Positions 60,901 through 64,000 of a stretch of 64,000 nucleotides of DNA are shown piece after piece (within the stretch, counting starts at the first letter, position 1; every line of letters begins with the position of its first letter). The notes beneath the pieces were generated by a model that did not search any database, had not been told where the DNA came from, and saw only the letters and a program-made list of their open reading frames with translations. The stretch comes from Zygnema circumcarinatum SAG 698-1b. Lineage: Eukaryota > Plantae > Zygnematophyceae. A program made the translations under genes and the position numbers. The stretch lies in the NCBI GenBank assembly GCA_037447605.1, contig CM074805.1:1335361-1399360 (forward strand), in the 5' to 3' direction.

Positions 60901-61833
60901 GTTGGCTGTGGGGGAGGTAAGATTTCGAATCAATCTCGAAAAAGTAAATTAGAACCCATTTGGAGAGCGGGAAACTAGTTTCTTTAAAGCAGGGGGCGTA
61001 ATTTCGAGGGCAACCAATTTCCTGTTGCAGGTTACAGTCTTATTCTAAACCCTTTTTTCTCCAGGAACTCACAATTTGAATGGGGAAGTTACTGGATGTA
61101 GGCCTTGGATACAACGGAGGGGTTAGCACGTGAGGAACTTATGCTGGTAGCCGTAGAGGAGGCGAAAAAGACCCAAGTGAGCATTCCACTTACCGCTCTC
61201 TTTGCCCATCCTTTGCTTGGAATTCGATAATCAGAGTGAGGAAAAACATCGCCCGCAAGGTTCGTGCAGCACTCACTCTCTTGGAGTTGACTCTCTTTGC
61301 AGGAGGAAGGGCCCTATTCCAAAACTGCATTAGAACAGCGGCAACTCGCAGCAGATGACTTCCATAGAACGGGCCGACAACGAGCCCTGAGCCGCGAGAC
61401 TCCGAGCATGCAGCCCATCAGCTGCGCCACTTTCGCCCAAGACGTGATCGAAGGGAGGGCCAACCAACGGCAGGCCCACACCCACCGCCTTCCAACCGTT
61501 GGCTTTGGGCCCGTCTCGCTCATGGGCGGGGCGAGAGGCCAAACGCATCGCCAGAGGGTGCAGGCGCGCGTGTTTCAGCCGAGCCATAGTCTGCCGAGAA
61601 TGAGCATCGAGCAGGCGGGCGATAGGGAGTTGGCCATAATGAATGGCGTCACAAAGAGGAACGAGGCGCTCGTGGCGGAGGCGGCGGCGGCGAATGCGGT
61701 GAATGGGAGCTACGAGGGGGAGAGGGAGGAGGGCGAGGATGAGGCGGCGGAGTACAAGGCGAGGGCGTGGGATGACTGGACGGACGAGCACCCGAGGGGG
61801 CAGGGCAATAGCAAGCTCACGCCGTGTGGGTGA
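57904..61833 (+). CDS. TAP46: PP2A regulatory subunit TAP46 (TAP42/IGBP1 family), about 8 exons
   Basis: LSLFSSNEELEDVATGDLKYLL/VP, RAEK/IARFKRQKE, QPISCATFAQDVIEGRA, VFQPSHSLPRMSIEQAG, KARAWDDWTDEHPRGQGNSKLTPCG*. Confidence 0.95.
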
Positions 61834-62635
61834 TCTTGGGATGGATGCGCCATGATGTGTTTTAGTCCCATGGAGCGAGCATGATGGCATGACATGATAT
61901 GATGCGCACATGATGTTGGCAGGCAAGCATGCATGATGGATGGATGGGTGTGCATTTGAGATTGCAATGTAGGAAAATCCCACTTTTCTAATTCGTCAAT
62001 GTCAGAGCAATAAGTCCGTCCTTCATGGTCCTACCGGAGAGTGTAAGGTACGGTAAGACGGGGTGCCAGACTTGACACCTCGCGGCGGAAACAGGGCGTG
62101 ACAGATTGAAAAGGAGTGAGGAGGCACATTACCGGGGGTCCAAATGGCTGTATGGAGTCAAAATTCATGCTGAAAATTGACCTTTGACGTGAGTCCAATT
62201 CGCAGGCTCGGCTGCTATAGCAGCTTTGACTCGCTGGCCGGAAGCTAATCGAGTCTACCCTCCCCCCCCCTCCCTCCCGTAGAACAGTGAAGGACTCTTA
62301 CAAGAGGGCTGGGCTGTGCGCGAACACGAAAATGAAAGGGGCTAAAAACCCTAAAAAAACCCACTTTTCACTCTCTGCAAAAAGATTTAAGGTCCCACTT
62401 GAGCGTGAGATTTCAGTTTTTTTTTTTCAGAAAAATAGGCTTCTTTTTTTTTTTGAAAAAATCGCAATTATATTTTTGAATTTGCTCTAAAGACCTCGGC
62501 ATCCCCACCCTTAAATGATCTGCGCGCTTTACAGCTGCAAACCGCCCAGAGCGTGATACCTCCCCCCTGACTCAAGAAATGGGAGCCACCGCCCGCTGCT
62601 GGAGTTGCACAAGACCAACATGTACGGTAGCTTTT

Positions 62636-63000
62636 CGATTGGTCCATTCGCCACGTGGCCCACCGTCCTTAGTTTGAATCTCTAGGCCCACTATTGGTCC
62701 TGCCTTGGCCGACATATGCCACGTAGTTCGCACGTGTTCCACGTGCCTGCCACGTTTCAGGCTTCCGCGGCGCCAGACGCGGCACCCCTCGGCGCAGAGG
62801 CCCGACCGGGAGCAGATGTACGAACTAATACGACAAAAAAATCCGTACGCTTCGCGTCAGGGCTCCAAGGGTTTTTTCAAACAAGGGAAAATCCACGAAT
62901 GGCAGACGGCCACGTCGACGGAGTCCTCTAAACGCGGACACGTGGTGCGCGGAGAATGGCTGCCTTACCGCAGATTTTTGGACGGAATGCACGTGGATCC
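62636..63000. promoter_or_regulatory. ACGT/G-box cluster upstream of RbcX
   Basis: GCCACGTGGC at 62650 plus about seven further CACGT cores in a GC-rich stretch. Confidence 0.6.
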
Positions 63001-63391
63001 AGCCCCTTGGAAGATCGACGGCGGTGAAGGCGCCTCGTGGCAACGTTCAGAGACGAGATTTCGCTTGGCGCACACACAAAGCGTAATGCGTTGTTGCGGA
63101 CAGTGCGAATGTTCCCCGTCTCATTAAAAAATCGCAAAATGTCGCACGGAGCCGCAGTTCAGCGTGCGGTCCCGTCGTGCAACCCCCCTTCCTTGGCTAC
63201 GGGATGGCTTTGGAAGTTTGGAACGGAACGGGGAACTGACGCATGGAGTCCGGCCCCAGTGCAGGTGCTCTGATAAACGGCGCCGGCTGCCGGCCCGTCG
63301 TTGCTCCTCCTGCAGGCCCTGCAACCAACTGTCCTGAGCGGCTCGGCTGCCTCCCTGCTAGCAATACAGAACAGGAGGGTGATTTGAAGCC

Positions 63392-64000
63392 ATGGCGACA
63401 AGGTCGCTGCAAGCAGCTGAAAGGATTTCTTCAACCGGTGCGGAGGTTTCTTCTCATATAAGGTCGGGGTACGATCAGAGGGCTGTGTTGCAGGGGGAGA
63501 AGAGTCAGAGCAGGCGGAAGGGAGTCGTTTATTCTGCTGCTCACAGGGTGGAGACTCGGAGAGCTTCTGGAAGAGTTCTTCAGGACGCAACGTTATGGTG
63601 CGGAGAGAAAGCATCTCTCAGAAATATAGGGTTGCTCTCAAGAGGGAGGAGACACATTGCGCTTTCCCCAGCTTGTTCGAAGATGTTTGTTCCTGGTACG
63701 ACAGAGCTTTGAAAGGCGTCTTTTGATGGAATTCGGTATAACTCAACAGGATTATCGAGTAATCCAGCTAAATTATTTTATCGACTGCTGCTTATTTGCT
63801 TTGCCTGCCGTTTTTCTGCCGTTGTTTTTCTATCCATGACTGAATTTCACGTTGTTGGTGTCAGGTTTTGGAGAGAAATCCCCGGAGGCGAAAGCAGCCG
63901 ATTCTCTCCATAATTTCTTCACCTATCTTGCTGTCAAGATCGTCCTGGCTCAATTGCAGGTGCCATTCTCTGTCCCTCTCTCAAAACGAGGTCGCCGCCT
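63392..64000 (+). CDS. RBCX1: Rubisco assembly chaperone RbcX (RbcX1 type), 3'-partial; exons 63392-63695 and 63865-63959
   Basis: Transit peptide, then ACSKMFVPG/FGEKSPEAKAADSLHNFFTYLAVKIVLAQLQ, the RbcX1 N-terminal signature. Confidence 0.92.

Noticed and set aside
61330-61983. 217-aa antisense ORF over the last TAP46 exon, and similar shadow ORFs elsewhere
   Set aside because: Antisense shadows of GC-rich coding exons.
1-64000. U12-type introns
   Set aside because: No RTATCCTT donor at any junction I reconstructed; not an exhaustive scan.

Overview
Gene-dense nuclear DNA with spliceosomal introns from a green plant. It is most likely a streptophyte alga (inference: plant-type ClpR1, RbcX, TAP46 and SRO genes, TTTAGGG-type repeats, GC-rich promoter islands, GA/CT-rich introns). 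I reconstructed exon chains by hand for 14 protein-coding genes: calnexin (5'-partial), a tandem two-domain TBL/SGNH O-acyltransferase, site-2 protease, NOT3, a 2OG-Fe(II) dioxygenase, an orphan coiled-coil gene, ATP12, an F-box gene, an ERD2-related receptor, a WWE-PARP (SRO/RCD1-like) gene, plastid RPL11, ClpR1, TAP46 and RbcX (3'-partial). There is also one tRNA-Ser(AGA). Most notable observations: (1) head-to-head RPL11 and ClpR1 share a homologous transit-peptide exon, a mirrored telo-box and an identical 23-nt intron-1 acceptor, suggesting an inverted duplication that shared one plastid-targeting module between unrelated genes; (2) S2P intron 1 holds a ~745-bp degenerate telomere array beside an inverted pair of decayed coding fragments; (3) the SRO-like protein keeps an H-Y-I mono-ADP-ribosyltransferase-type triad; (4) the TBL gene fuses a catalytically dead domain to an intact one; (5) a 31-codon ORF encodes a canonical C2H2 zinc finger. 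All gene models and family names come from reading the sequence and recalled family motifs; no database search was run.
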